From the IMG/VR virus record IMGVR_UViG_3300033148_004933, positions 1 to 38,782 of that record: a stretch of 38,782 bases of DNA; one strand, given 5' to 3'. Under the pieces are notes generated by a model. The model had not been told where the DNA came from and did no database searches. It saw only the letters and a list, made by a program, of their open reading frames with translations. The stretch's first letter is position 1. Each line of letters opens with the position of its first letter. A program made the position numbers and the translations under genes. This document shows positions 10,260 through 17,736 of this stretch, piece after piece. Source of the stretch: a virus. Lineage: Duplodnaviria > Caudoviricetes.

Positions 10260-10445
10260 ATGGCCAAGATAGATTTATTAAAAAATATAAAAGAAGGAAA
10301 GGATAAAGTAGATTTAAAAACTTTTAAAGAAAGTATTATTGCTTTATTTGATGGAATGTTAAAAGAAGATATTGATCAGGATATAAAAAATTCAATAGCA
10401 AGATTAAGAGCAGTTACTATTATTAAATTTAAAGATATAAAATAA
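10260..10445 (+). CDS. Hypothetical protein (possible fibre chaperone)
   Basis: ORF track; likely start at 10260. Confidence 0.5.
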   Translation: MAKIDLLKNIKEGKDKVDLKTFKESIIALFDGMLKEDIDQDIKNSIARLRAVTIIKFKDIK

Positions 10446-10648
10446 TGGAACAAAATAACGGAAAACAAAGTTTTATAGATACAGAACAAAATAAAAGAAT
10501 AACATGGCTAGAACAGCATTATTCAAATTTTAATTCTGAATTGGGTTCTGTTAAAGCTGATGTTAAATGGCTGAAATGGTGGATGAAGATGATGATCGGA
10601 AGCCAAATAGCTATTATATTAGGTTTACTTAAGTTGCTCTTTTATTAG
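10445..10648 (+). CDS. Small coiled-coil + TM protein (XhlA/holin-like)
   Basis: N-terminal coiled coil then hydrophobic WWMKMMIGSQIAIILGLLKLLFY; lysis-region position. Confidence 0.55.
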   Translation: MEQNNGKQSFIDTEQNKRITWLEQHYSNFNSELGSVKADVKWLKWWMKMMIGSQIAIILGLLKLLFY

Positions 10649-10663
10649 AAAGCGAGGTGTGAT

Positions 10664-10879
10664 ATGGAAAACGATAAGATGATTTGTATAGAACCAGTAA
10701 AAAACATAGAAGAGCTTGTTCCAGCACTTAGAAGGATTGTTCAGTTAGCAAGAATAGCTCTTAACGCAGGTCGGATAATCCAGATTGACCTAAAGGAAAA
10801 GAAAGTAGAGGAAGACCCAATACTTGCTTGGAAAGATAGGGTTGCTCTCGGTTTGTCGGGACTTTGTCAGGGGGAATAG
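10664..10879 (+). CDS. Hypothetical protein
   Basis: 71 aa ORF with a GAGGTG Shine-Dalgarno, which is rare in this genome. Confidence 0.55.
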   Translation: MENDKMICIEPVKNIEELVPALRRIVQLARIALNAGRIIQIDLKEKKVEEDPILAWKDRVALGLSGLCQGE

Positions 10880-10890
10880 TACTTTAGGGT

Positions 10891-10973
10891 CTGTCTTAGA
10901 GACAGCCGTTAAAAAGGGGGTTGGAGACAAACTTAAAAATCAAGTACTACAAGAAGTTGTAGTCTGACCCCCT
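10891..10973 (+). other. Structured intergenic element (hairpin plus multibranch stem)
   Basis: CTGTCT/AGACAG hairpin; AGGGGGTTGG pairs with CTGACCCCCT and encloses ACTACAA-gaag-TTGTAGT. Confidence 0.5.
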
Positions 10974-10982
10974 CTATTATTA

Positions 10983-11165
10983 TGTGGATAAAGATATGGA
11001 AAACTTGTGGATAAAATAAGGTCTGTTATTTACCTACATCTTACCTACAGTTTATTAACAGTTTATTAACAGGGTAAATGGGGCTTTTTAAAGGGAAAAT
11101 CTGACTTGTTAACAGTTTTATGGTTGCTTAATTATAATAAACTAATATATTAATATATTATTATA
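10983..11165. promoter_or_regulatory. Putative replication origin: DnaA-box array plus AT-rich unwinding region
   Basis: Perfect TGTGGATAA at 10983 and 11006; degenerate boxes TTACCTACA (11030, 11041), TTATTAACA (11052, 11063) at 11-bp spacing; TTGTTAACA (11106); nearly pure A/T 11128-11165. Confidence 0.65.
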
Positions 11166-11170
11166 AGAAG

Positions 11171-11722
11171 ATGAAAAAAAATATTCCAAAATGGGCAATA
11201 CTTCATCATCAAGCAGGAAATTCTAATTTTGCATCAGTTAATAAAGATCATAGAAATAATCCTAAAATTTGGCTTGGACATTATAGCGCATTGGGATTTG
11301 CTATTGGATATCATTATTGGATTGGAAAACTTGGAGAGATTCATCAAGGCAGGCTTGATACAGAAGAAGGCGCTCATTGTATAGGAATGAACCTAAGAAG
11401 CATAGGAATCTGTTTACAGGGTAATTTTTCAAAAGAGGGAGAATATCCTACGGAAGCACAGAAAACCGCACTGAAAGGGCTTTTAATGGAGCTGATGAGG
11501 AAACATAGTATATCTGCAAGCCATATCGTTCCTCACCGGCATTTTAATAGAACAGAATGTTATGGAAAGAACTTAAAGAATGATTGGGCTCAGCAATTAG
11601 TAGCGGTGGAATTACAAAAGAGTGATGATAAAGAAGAGGTAAAATTATTGAAAAAGAAGATCAGTATAGTAGAACAAATGATAAGAGTTTTGATTCAATT
11701 AAAGTTTATATTATTTGGTTAA
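11171..11722 (+). CDS. Endolysin, N-acetylmuramoyl-L-alanine amidase (amidase_2, T7 lysozyme-like)
   Basis: ILHH, IGYHYWI, GAHCIGMN, SIGICLQGNF, PHRHF..TECYG zinc-amidase motifs. Confidence 0.92.
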   Translation: MKKNIPKWAILHHQAGNSNFASVNKDHRNNPKIWLGHYSALGFAIGYHYWIGKLGEIHQGRLDTEEGAHCIGMNLRSIGICLQGNFSKEGEYPTEAQKTALKGLLMELMRKHSISASHIVPHRHFNRTECYGKNLKNDWAQQLVAVELQKSDDKEEVKLLKKKISIVEQMIRVLIQLKFILFG

Positions 11723-11755
11723 AGGCCGAAATAATAAAATTAAATACTTAAATAT

Positions 11756-11926
11756 ATGAATAAAATATTTAATTTAGGAAAAGGTAGACTTAGTTATATT
11801 TTAGCGATTGGAGCAGTTATATATGGTATAGTTGGATTGATCGCTGGTTTGATAGAACCAGAAACAGCAATAGGAATAATTTATACTGGTCTGGCAGTAT
11901 TTGGAATTAGACGAGCAATTAAATAA
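11756..11926 (+). CDS. Putative holin (56 aa, two TM segments)
   Basis: MNKIFNLGKGRLSYILAIGAVIYGIVGLIAGLIEPETAIGIIYTGLAVFGIRRAIK; directly after the endolysin; not in the ORF track. Confidence 0.7.
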   Translation: MNKIFNLGKGRLSYILAIGAVIYGIVGLIAGLIEPETAIGIIYTGLAVFGIRRAIK

Positions 11927-11974
11927 ATGATCAGATTAAAGGTCGTATTATTCAATTTTAAACCAAAAAAACAT

Positions 11975-12166
11975 ATGAAAGAAGATATTAAATTAAAAGA
12001 AGGAGAGACACCTGAAACTCCTGAAACTCCTGCAGAGCCTGAAGCAACTCCTGAAGAGACACCAGAAACGCCTGCAGAAGAAACTCCAGAGACTCCTGCT
12101 GAGGAAACACCTGAAACTCCAGCTGAAGAAACTCCTGAAGAAGGAAGTGAAGAAAAACCTGAGTAA
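11975..12166 (+). CDS. Acidic Pro/Glu/Thr repeat protein (63 aa)
   Basis: (PAEETPET)n repeats with synonymous codon variation; A-rich leader; followed by a terminator. Confidence 0.7.
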   Translation: MKEDIKLKEGETPETPETPAEPEATPEETPETPAEETPETPAEETPETPAEETPEEGSEEKPE

Positions 12167-12174
12167 GATTTGAT

Positions 12175-12199
12175 AGCCCCCCTGAAAAGGGGGGTTTTT
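12175..12199 (+). terminator. Rho-independent terminator ending the late operon
   Basis: GCCCCCCT-GAAA-AGGGGGGT stem followed by a T run. Confidence 0.85.
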
Positions 12200-12227
12200 A
12201 GTTTAAATGTGGGGGAAAACTTTGCTA

Positions 12228-12256
12228 TTGACAAAGGTTCTTAAATGAATTAAAGT
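12228..12256 (+). promoter_or_regulatory. Sigma70-type early promoter flanked by DnaA-like boxes
   Basis: TTGACA-N17-TAAAGT; TGTGGAAAA at 12274-12282 matches the reverse complement of TT(A/T)TNCACA. Confidence 0.65.
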
Positions 12257-12287
12257 GGACTATAGAGGATAATTGTGGAAAACTTTT

Positions 12288-12425
12288 ATGAGAAAACCAA
12301 AGTTTAGAATTCCATATCATAGGCTCTGTCCTAAATGTAAAGAGATTTTAGAACAGACAAGAAAAGAATACAATCGTTTTTGTGATAGAATAAGGAAAGC
12401 TAATAAAAAGCAGAAACCAGCTTAG
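12288..12425 (+). CDS. Small basic CxxC protein (45 aa), first early gene
   Basis: MRKPKFRIPYHRLCPKCKEILEQTRKEYNRFCDRIRKANKKQKPA; not in the ORF track. Confidence 0.55.
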   Translation: MRKPKFRIPYHRLCPKCKEILEQTRKEYNRFCDRIRKANKKQKPA

Positions 12426-12440
12426 TCGGGCTGGCTTTTT
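12413..12440 (+). terminator. Weak terminator/attenuator
   Basis: CCAGC-ttagtcgg-GCTGG followed by CTTTTT. Confidence 0.45.
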
Positions 12441-12465
12441 AAATTATTAATTAATAGAAAAAATT

Positions 12466-12573
12466 ATGACTCAAGAACAAGAAAAAGAAGTTATAAGGGT
12501 TTGTGGTAAAAACTATGAACCAAGTGATGTGCCTGCTTTGTGGAGGCAAACTGAGAAATCAGAAGCCGATTAG
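12466..12573 (+). CDS. Small hypothetical protein (35 aa)
   Basis: MTQEQEKEVIRVCGKNYEPSDVPALWRQTEKSEAD with an A-rich leader. Confidence 0.4.
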   Translation: MTQEQEKEVIRVCGKNYEPSDVPALWRQTEKSEAD

Positions 12574-12614
12574 TCAAAGGCTAATGATATAATAATAGAA
12601 TAAATAAATTATGT

Positions 12615-13463
12615 ATGAAAAAAGAAATTAAAGAGATTGACGAGGGTAAAAAGGTAATGCGTATCACTACTCTAAATGAAAGGTGGTATGCAAAACCAAT
12701 TGAGGATAAAGAAACTGGTCTTCCTAAATATGAATTCCTGCCATCATCAACTTGGATAGCAGGGTATTATCCAAAAGGCATAGGATTCTGGAAATGGTTA
12801 GCGAATAAAGGATGGGACGAAGCAGAAGCATTAAAAATAGCAGCAGGAGATAAAGGATCAAAGGTTCATTATGCATGCGAGGATATTGATAAGGGAGTAG
12901 GAATAGAAATTACAAAGCAGAAATATCCTAATCCTACTAATGGAGAACTTGAGGAGTTGACGATTGAAGAAATAGATTGTATTAATAGTTTCAAACAATG
13001 GTTAGATGAAACTAAGCCAGAATTATTGGCTAATGAGATTACGGTATTTGGAGATGGATATGGTGGAACGATAGATAAGATTTATAGGATAGATGGACAG
13101 ATTTGGATCGTGGATCTAAAAACAAGTAAGACGGTGTGGGAGTCAGCTAAACTTCAATTATCTTCTTATTCAAATGCTGATATTGATTATAAGGAACTGA
13201 AGATTACAGAGAAAGAATGGAAAGAAAGGAAGCAGGCCATACTTCAGCTCGGATATGATAAGTATAGGACAGAAGGCAAGGCGAGATTCAAGTTTACCGA
13301 GATAGAGGATAAGTTTGAGTTATTTAAAATGGCTAAGAAGATTTGGGCAAATGAAAACCCAAATTCAAAGCCAAAAGAAATGGAATATCCTTTAATTATA
13401 AAGTCTGAATTTAGGACTTTAAAAGATAAGGATGTTAAGAAAAATGAAAATAAAAATAACTAA
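12615..13463 (+). CDS. PD-(D/E)XK exonuclease (phage recombination nuclease)
   Basis: GSKVH, YGGTID, IVDLKTSK, LQLSSY motifs. Confidence 0.85.
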   Translation: MKKEIKEIDEGKKVMRITTLNERWYAKPIEDKETGLPKYEFLPSSTWIAGYYPKGIGFWKWLANKGWDEAEALKIAAGDKGSKVHYACEDIDKGVGIEITKQKYPNPTNGELEELTIEEIDCINSFKQWLDETKPELLANEITVFGDGYGGTIDKIYRIDGQIWIVDLKTSKTVWESAKLQLSSYSNADIDYKELKITEKEWKERKQAILQLGYDKYRTEGKARFKFTEIEDKFELFKMAKKIWANENPNSKPKEMEYPLIIKSEFRTLKDKDVKKNENKNN

Positions 13464-13764
13464 GCTATTAGGAACAACATCAATTCAGTTTGAAGTTGAT
13501 GAACCCAAACAAAAGGATGCCTTATTCTCAGCGGGGGTTCTTGCAAGTACTCCGATAAAATGTGGCAAGTGCGAAAGCGAAGATGTAATATTGTCGGGCA
13601 ACAAAGCCAAAGGATATACATTTGTAAAAGTAATTTGCAACAAATGTGATGCCCGGGCTCAACTGGGAGAGTATAAAGAGGGAGGTTTCTATTGGAAAGA
13701 GTGGGAAAAGTATATTCCAAAAGGAGGAGGAAGAGATGAGGATGTTCCTATTATAGAAGAATAA
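13444..13764 (+). CDS. Zinc-ribbon protein with acidic C-terminal tail (possible ssDNA-binding/annealing partner)
   Basis: CGKC...CNKC; ends GGGRDEDVPIIEE; follows the exonuclease. Confidence 0.55.
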   Translation: MKIKITKLLGTTSIQFEVDEPKQKDALFSAGVLASTPIKCGKCESEDVILSGNKAKGYTFVKVICNKCDARAQLGEYKEGGFYWKEWEKYIPKGGGRDEDVPIIEE

Positions 13765-13770
13765 TCTGAA

Positions 13771-13806
13771 CCCGGGGCTGCTGAGCGGGATCTTAACAGC
13801 CCCGGG
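13771..13806 (+). other. GC-rich intergenic hairpin
   Basis: CCCGGGGCTG ... CAGCCCCGGG perfect 10-bp inverted repeat, extended by imperfect inner pairs. Confidence 0.7.
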
Positions 13807-13813
13807 CAAAATT

Positions 13814-14131
13814 ATGAACAAGTTTAAAATATGGGGGCTACAAATAGAGGAGATATTAGTAGACGATAAAGTATTTTGGAAAACAGATGTAAGAAATCCC
13901 TTTAAATTAGACGATAAGTGGCAAGTCGGACTTAATGAAAAGTTCTTTAGAGAGTGTTGGAGAAACGGGGTAGATAAAATAATATTACAAATAGGAGAAA
14001 GAGAAATAATGATGGAAGTGCCGTCAAGTAAATCTCTTAAAAAGAAAGTAAAAGCGGGTGAATATGAGGATAAGCCCTCGCTATTTAAAGGGTCAGCACC
14101 TATGAGGATTTATCATTTTAAAGTAATTTAA
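13814..14131 (+). CDS. Hypothetical protein
   Basis: ORF track, operon-like spacing. Confidence 0.65.
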   Translation: MNKFKIWGLQIEEILVDDKVFWKTDVRNPFKLDDKWQVGLNEKFFRECWRNGVDKIILQIGEREIMMEVPSSKSLKKKVKAGEYEDKPSLFKGSAPMRIYHFKVI

Positions 14132-14159
14132 CACCTAAGTATGGGCTTGGGAAATAAAT

Positions 14160-14351
14160 ATGAGCCAAATGAAAGAACTTTATACTGAACTCCAAGAAGC
14201 AGGTTGGAAAGAAGAAGATATTAAAACTGTTTCTGATAAACTATTTATGATAAAAAGACAAGAGGAAACAGAAGATGAATATATGGAACAAGAGGCAATA
14301 GAAGAACAAGAAGAACAAGTTAGAAACGAACCAGAAGGAGAGGGAGTTTAA
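14160..14351 (+). CDS. Acidic hypothetical protein
   Basis: ORF track; Glu-rich. Confidence 0.6.
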   Translation: MSQMKELYTELQEAGWKEEDIKTVSDKLFMIKRQEETEDEYMEQEAIEEQEEQVRNEPEGEGV

Positions 14352-14369
14352 TTAACCTAAATAATACAT

Positions 14370-14582
14370 ATGAAAGAAGAAATACTAAAAGAGTTTAGAG
14401 AGAAGTTTCATTATGATGAAGAATATGGTTTTTATACAGAACCTTTAGGAAATTCTGTAAGTCATAAACCTATAGAAGATTTCTGGCTATCCAAATTAGT
14501 AGAAGAATATAAACGGGGATATAATGAATGTTTAAAAGAGCAAGGAAAGGTTGGAGAAAAATATCAGCACCTTTATCTTTAG
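14370..14582 (+). CDS. Hypothetical protein
   Basis: ORF track; A-rich leader. Confidence 0.6.
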   Translation: MKEEILKEFREKFHYDEEYGFYTEPLGNSVSHKPIEDFWLSKLVEEYKRGYNECLKEQGKVGEKYQHLYL

Positions 14583-14624
14583 CAATTATTAAAATAGATA
14601 TGAGAACAAAGATAAATAAATAGT

Positions 14625-15128
14625 ATGAAGTATCTAAAATATCTTAATTATGTTATCCGCCACAAATGGTATGTAGGGATAGAGTGTTTTAAGAAAGGTT
14701 TAATCTGGCGAGGTTTAATGCACGATAATAGTAAGTTTCTATTAGATGAGTTTGTTTCTTATGCAAATTATTTTTATGGCGGGAAAAATGATATTAAGCA
14801 AGGTAGAGATGAAACAGGATATTATAAACCAACAGACACAGGAGACAAAGCATTTGATTTTGCTTGGTTATTACACCAAAAGAGAAACAGACACCATTGG
14901 CAGTGGTGGATATTACCAGAAGATGAGGGAGGAGTAAAGATTTTAGAAATTAGAGAACCTTATTTTACAGAAATGATTTGTGATTGGATTGGAGCAGGAA
15001 AAGCACAGGGACATTTTTCGCCTAAAGACGACCCGTTAAAAGAAACAAGAAATTGGTGGCGGGTTAATAATCATAAGATGCAATTAAATCCTATTACAAG
15101 AGAAAAATTAGAGCAATTATTAAAATAG
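14625..15128 (+). CDS. DUF5662-like HD-related protein
   Basis: RHKWYV, HDNSKF, AWLLHQKRNRHHWQWW, EMICDWIGAG motifs. Confidence 0.75.
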   Translation: MKYLKYLNYVIRHKWYVGIECFKKGLIWRGLMHDNSKFLLDEFVSYANYFYGGKNDIKQGRDETGYYKPTDTGDKAFDFAWLLHQKRNRHHWQWWILPEDEGGVKILEIREPYFTEMICDWIGAGKAQGHFSPKDDPLKETRNWWRVNNHKMQLNPITREKLEQLLK

Positions 15129-15130
15129 AT

Positions 15131-15358
15131 ATGAGTAAAGAAATAAAGAAATGGAAAATTGAATATGACCCAGAATTAGATGAGTTTTTTTGTGGGAGAT
15201 TACCCCAGCCAAAAGATGCTCGGATGTATGCTATTGAAACTGGGTTTTATTATTACTTGAATAAGAAAGGAGAGATAACGGGCATTTGCATAGAATACTT
15301 TAAAACAGTGGCTGAAAAATGGCTTAAATTAAACAAGATAAATTTAAAAAGAAAATAA
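15131..15358 (+). CDS. Hypothetical protein (DUF2283-like pattern)
   Basis: IEYDPELD...NKKGEITGICIE. Confidence 0.55.
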   Translation: MSKEIKKWKIEYDPELDEFFCGRLPQPKDARMYAIETGFYYYLNKKGEITGICIEYFKTVAEKWLKLNKINLKRK

Positions 15359-15359
15359 T

Positions 15360-15547
15360 ATGAAAACAGAATTAAAAGACATCCAAAAAAAGCAAGATGA
15401 GTTAGATCACGAAACTTTACTTTGCTCAAAATGTGGTAAAGAAGAAATCTGGGGATTTATAAGAGATTGGGGGGTTTGTAATGAATTGAATGTGTAGCGA
15501 ACCATTTTGAAGAAGAAGAAGCAAATAGAATAAAAAACTCTGTTTAA
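15360..15547 (+). pseudogene. Small zinc-finger gene frameshifted by a 5-nt tandem duplication
   Basis: TGAATTGAAT at 15482-15491. Removing one copy restores CSKC...CNEC and an ORF ending at TAA 15545-15547. Confidence 0.6.
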
Positions 15548-15563
15548 TTATTAAAATAGAGAT

Positions 15564-15755
15564 ATGGCAGAAACAAAATTAAAAGAGCCAATTATATTAA
15601 GCAAATGCTGTAATTCAGAAGTTGATTTTGTCGGTGGTGGATATGATGGAGAAGATATAGTTCCTATAAAAGATATTTGTAAAAAATGTGGTTGTGAATG
15701 CGAGATTAAAAGAATAGTGCCGAAAGATTGGAAAGATGAAAAACCGCCTTTTTAA
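15564..15755 (+). CDS. Small Cys-rich protein
   Basis: SKCCNSEV...CKKCGCEC. Confidence 0.65.
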   Translation: MAETKLKEPIILSKCCNSEVDFVGGGYDGEDIVPIKDICKKCGCECEIKRIVPKDWKDEKPPF

Positions 15756-15773
15756 GCAATTATTAAAATAGAT

Positions 15774-16427
15774 ATGAAGAAAGAGTATTCTTATGGACTA
15801 TATAATAAATCAAATGAAAATGAGCAGTGGATAAGATTAACAGAGGGTTGTCCGCATAATCACCCTTATTGCTACGAGCCACAGGAAATTAAGATATTTG
15901 GGATCCCCGAGATTGTGAGAAATAAAGTTAAGATTATGGATATGAATTTGTTATGTAAGCCAGAAGCATTAAGAATAATAAAAGAATTGGGTGGAAAGAA
16001 GGTTAATAAAAAAGTTGTATATTACGAGTTGATATGTGGAATAGATTTCAGATTTCTTACTTTGGAAATAGCAGAAGCATTAAAGTCCTCAAGATTTAAA
16101 AGAATTAGATTGGCTTGGGATTTATTAATGCAAGATCAGTATAAAATTAAAGATGCAGTAAATAATTTGTTAAAAGCAGGATATAGTTCAAAAGAAATTC
16201 AGGTTTTTATGATCTGTAATTGGAAAATATCACAAGAAGAATGTAAGAGAAAATTAGATTTATGTAAAATATGGAGAGTTCAAGTAGCAGATTGTTATTA
16301 TGATAATCAACTTAGTCCGAATGTTAAACCTATTTATTGGACAAAAGAAGAGATAAAGAGTTTTCGGCAAAAGTGTAGAAAACATAATCAATTAGTAAAT
16401 TTCGGGATTGATCCTGAATTAAAATAG
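15774..16427 (+). CDS. Radical SAM-like protein with variant CxxxHxxC motif
   Basis: RLTEGCPHNHPYC, MDMNLL, GIDFR, IRLAWD. Confidence 0.7.
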   Translation: MKKEYSYGLYNKSNENEQWIRLTEGCPHNHPYCYEPQEIKIFGIPEIVRNKVKIMDMNLLCKPEALRIIKELGGKKVNKKVVYYELICGIDFRFLTLEIAEALKSSRFKRIRLAWDLLMQDQYKIKDAVNNLLKAGYSSKEIQVFMICNWKISQEECKRKLDLCKIWRVQVADCYYDNQLSPNVKPIYWTKEEIKSFRQKCRKHNQLVNFGIDPELK

Positions 16428-16441
16428 TCCCCTAAGAAGAT

Positions 16442-16690
16442 ATGAATAAAGAAGAAATAATAAAAGAAAAAATAATAGGTATTTTATGTAATGAACACGA
16501 CTTACGACTTAGAAGATGGGTAGCAGAATTATTAGCAGACCAGATTTTCGGAATATTTAAAAAAGCCCTAAAAGCCCAAAACCAAGAACTATTAAAGAAG
16601 ATAGAGAGAAGATTAAATAAATTAAAAGGGAAAAAGGCGGATATAGAAATAATAGAGTTTTTAGAAGATTTAATAAAGATACTTAAATAA
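16442..16690 (+). CDS. Hypothetical protein
   Basis: ORF track. Confidence 0.6.
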   Translation: MNKEEIIKEKIIGILCNEHDLRLRRWVAELLADQIFGIFKKALKAQNQELLKKIERRLNKLKGKKADIEIIEFLEDLIKILK

Positions 16691-16695
16691 GAGAT

Positions 16696-17028
16696 ATGAA
16701 TAAAGAGAAAAAAACTAAATATCCTTTATGTCCTAATTGTAATAATGCTATGGTTTGGACTTTTGCCTTTCCTTATAAAGAATATGCCTGTTTGCCTTGT
16801 GATGAATCTGCTCCAATGTTTAACGGACTTACAAAAGGATTTAGAAGTGAAAAATCAATGAATGCTAAAAAAGAAAAATGGAGTGAAGAATTAAGTATAA
16901 TAGCAAGAAGGATTGGTGGAGCTCAATGTGCTGTTGATGGATGTGTTAATGGAAGCTGTGATTTATGCAAAAAATCGGCTGATAAAAATTATAAGTTTAA
17001 ATATTATAAATCTAACCTCCCTAAATAA
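16696..17028 (+). CDS. Cys-rich hypothetical protein
   Basis: CPNC, CLPC, CDLC motifs. Confidence 0.65.
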   Translation: MNKEKKTKYPLCPNCNNAMVWTFAFPYKEYACLPCDESAPMFNGLTKGFRSEKSMNAKKEKWSEELSIIARRIGGAQCAVDGCVNGSCDLCKKSADKNYKFKYYKSNLPK

Positions 17029-17045
17029 AGATATACTATGAGTAT

Positions 17046-17465
17046 ATGAATACAAAACAAAAAGGTCGAAAATTAGTAAAGATAATTCTTGCACAGGTTC
17101 GGAACGAGCTTGATAGGAGCGCTTATGAGGTTTCAGGATCGGGGGCCGGGCTCGATAAAGGAGATATCAGAATACCAATCTTGGATCTTGTTATAGAGGC
17201 AAAAAACTGTAAGGTTATCCAAATGGCAAACTGGGTGAAACAAGCAGAGAGAGAGGGACTGGGGCATAGCAACACGGCTCTAATGTGGAGGCATCCTAAA
17301 AGTTCTCAAGAGAATCCAGAGGTGAGAGTAGATATTAGCTTGGATTATTTTATAACACTGGCATCGAGATACAAAGAGCCAAAAATAAAAGTCCCAGATC
17401 GGGATTTAAAATGGGCGCTAACTACTTTAAAAAACGCAATCAATCAAGTGTTAAAAAAATTATGA
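17046..17465 (+). CDS. Holliday junction resolvase-like PD-(D/E)XK nuclease
   Basis: KQKGR, SGAG..KGDI, IEAKN, WVKQA motifs. Confidence 0.7.
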   Translation: MNTKQKGRKLVKIILAQVRNELDRSAYEVSGSGAGLDKGDIRIPILDLVIEAKNCKVIQMANWVKQAEREGLGHSNTALMWRHPKSSQENPEVRVDISLDYFITLASRYKEPKIKVPDRDLKWALTTLKNAINQVLKKL

Positions 17466-17641
17466 AGAAACCATTTACAAAATTTGAGTGGGTATTGATT
17501 GGAATTATATCGCTTTTAATTGGATTTCTAATTGGATTTATATCTGGCCGGCGGATTCTTTATGAATATAAAGTGAGACCATTACTTAATGAGAATACAA
17601 GAGTAATGGATGATTGTGGTGGAATTGAGGAATGTGAATAA
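17462..17641 (+). CDS. Small membrane protein
   Basis: WVLIGIISLLIGFLIGFISG TM segment; ATGA overlap. Confidence 0.6.
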   Translation: MKKPFTKFEWVLIGIISLLIGFLIGFISGRRILYEYKVRPLLNENTRVMDDCGGIEECE

Positions 17642-17666
17642 AAGAAAACCACCCTTAACGGGTGGT
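17641..17666 (-). terminator. Hairpin with A-tract on its left (minus-strand or bidirectional terminator)
   Basis: ACCACCC-ttaac-GGGTGGT preceded by AAAGAAAA. Confidence 0.5.
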
Positions 17667-17736
17667 GGAGTAGATTAATCAAAATACTCGCTTTACATAA
17701 TAGACGAGAAATTGTCAACTATATTACATTAAATAA

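Larger units (their letters stand above)
14581..15776 (+). repeat. Dispersed 22-nt junction repeat AGCAATTATTAAAATAGATATG
   Basis: Exact copies at 14581-14602, 15112-15133 and 15755-15776; variant AATTATTAAAATAGAGATATG at 15546-15566. Confidence 0.85.

Noticed and set aside
12001-12140. CRISPR-like or iteron repeats
   Set aside because: Repeats are in-frame codon repeats with synonymous variation and no spacers.
12615-13463. Cas4 / CRISPR-associated role
   Set aside because: No array or cas genes, and no four-Cys Fe-S pattern; fits a generic phage exonuclease.
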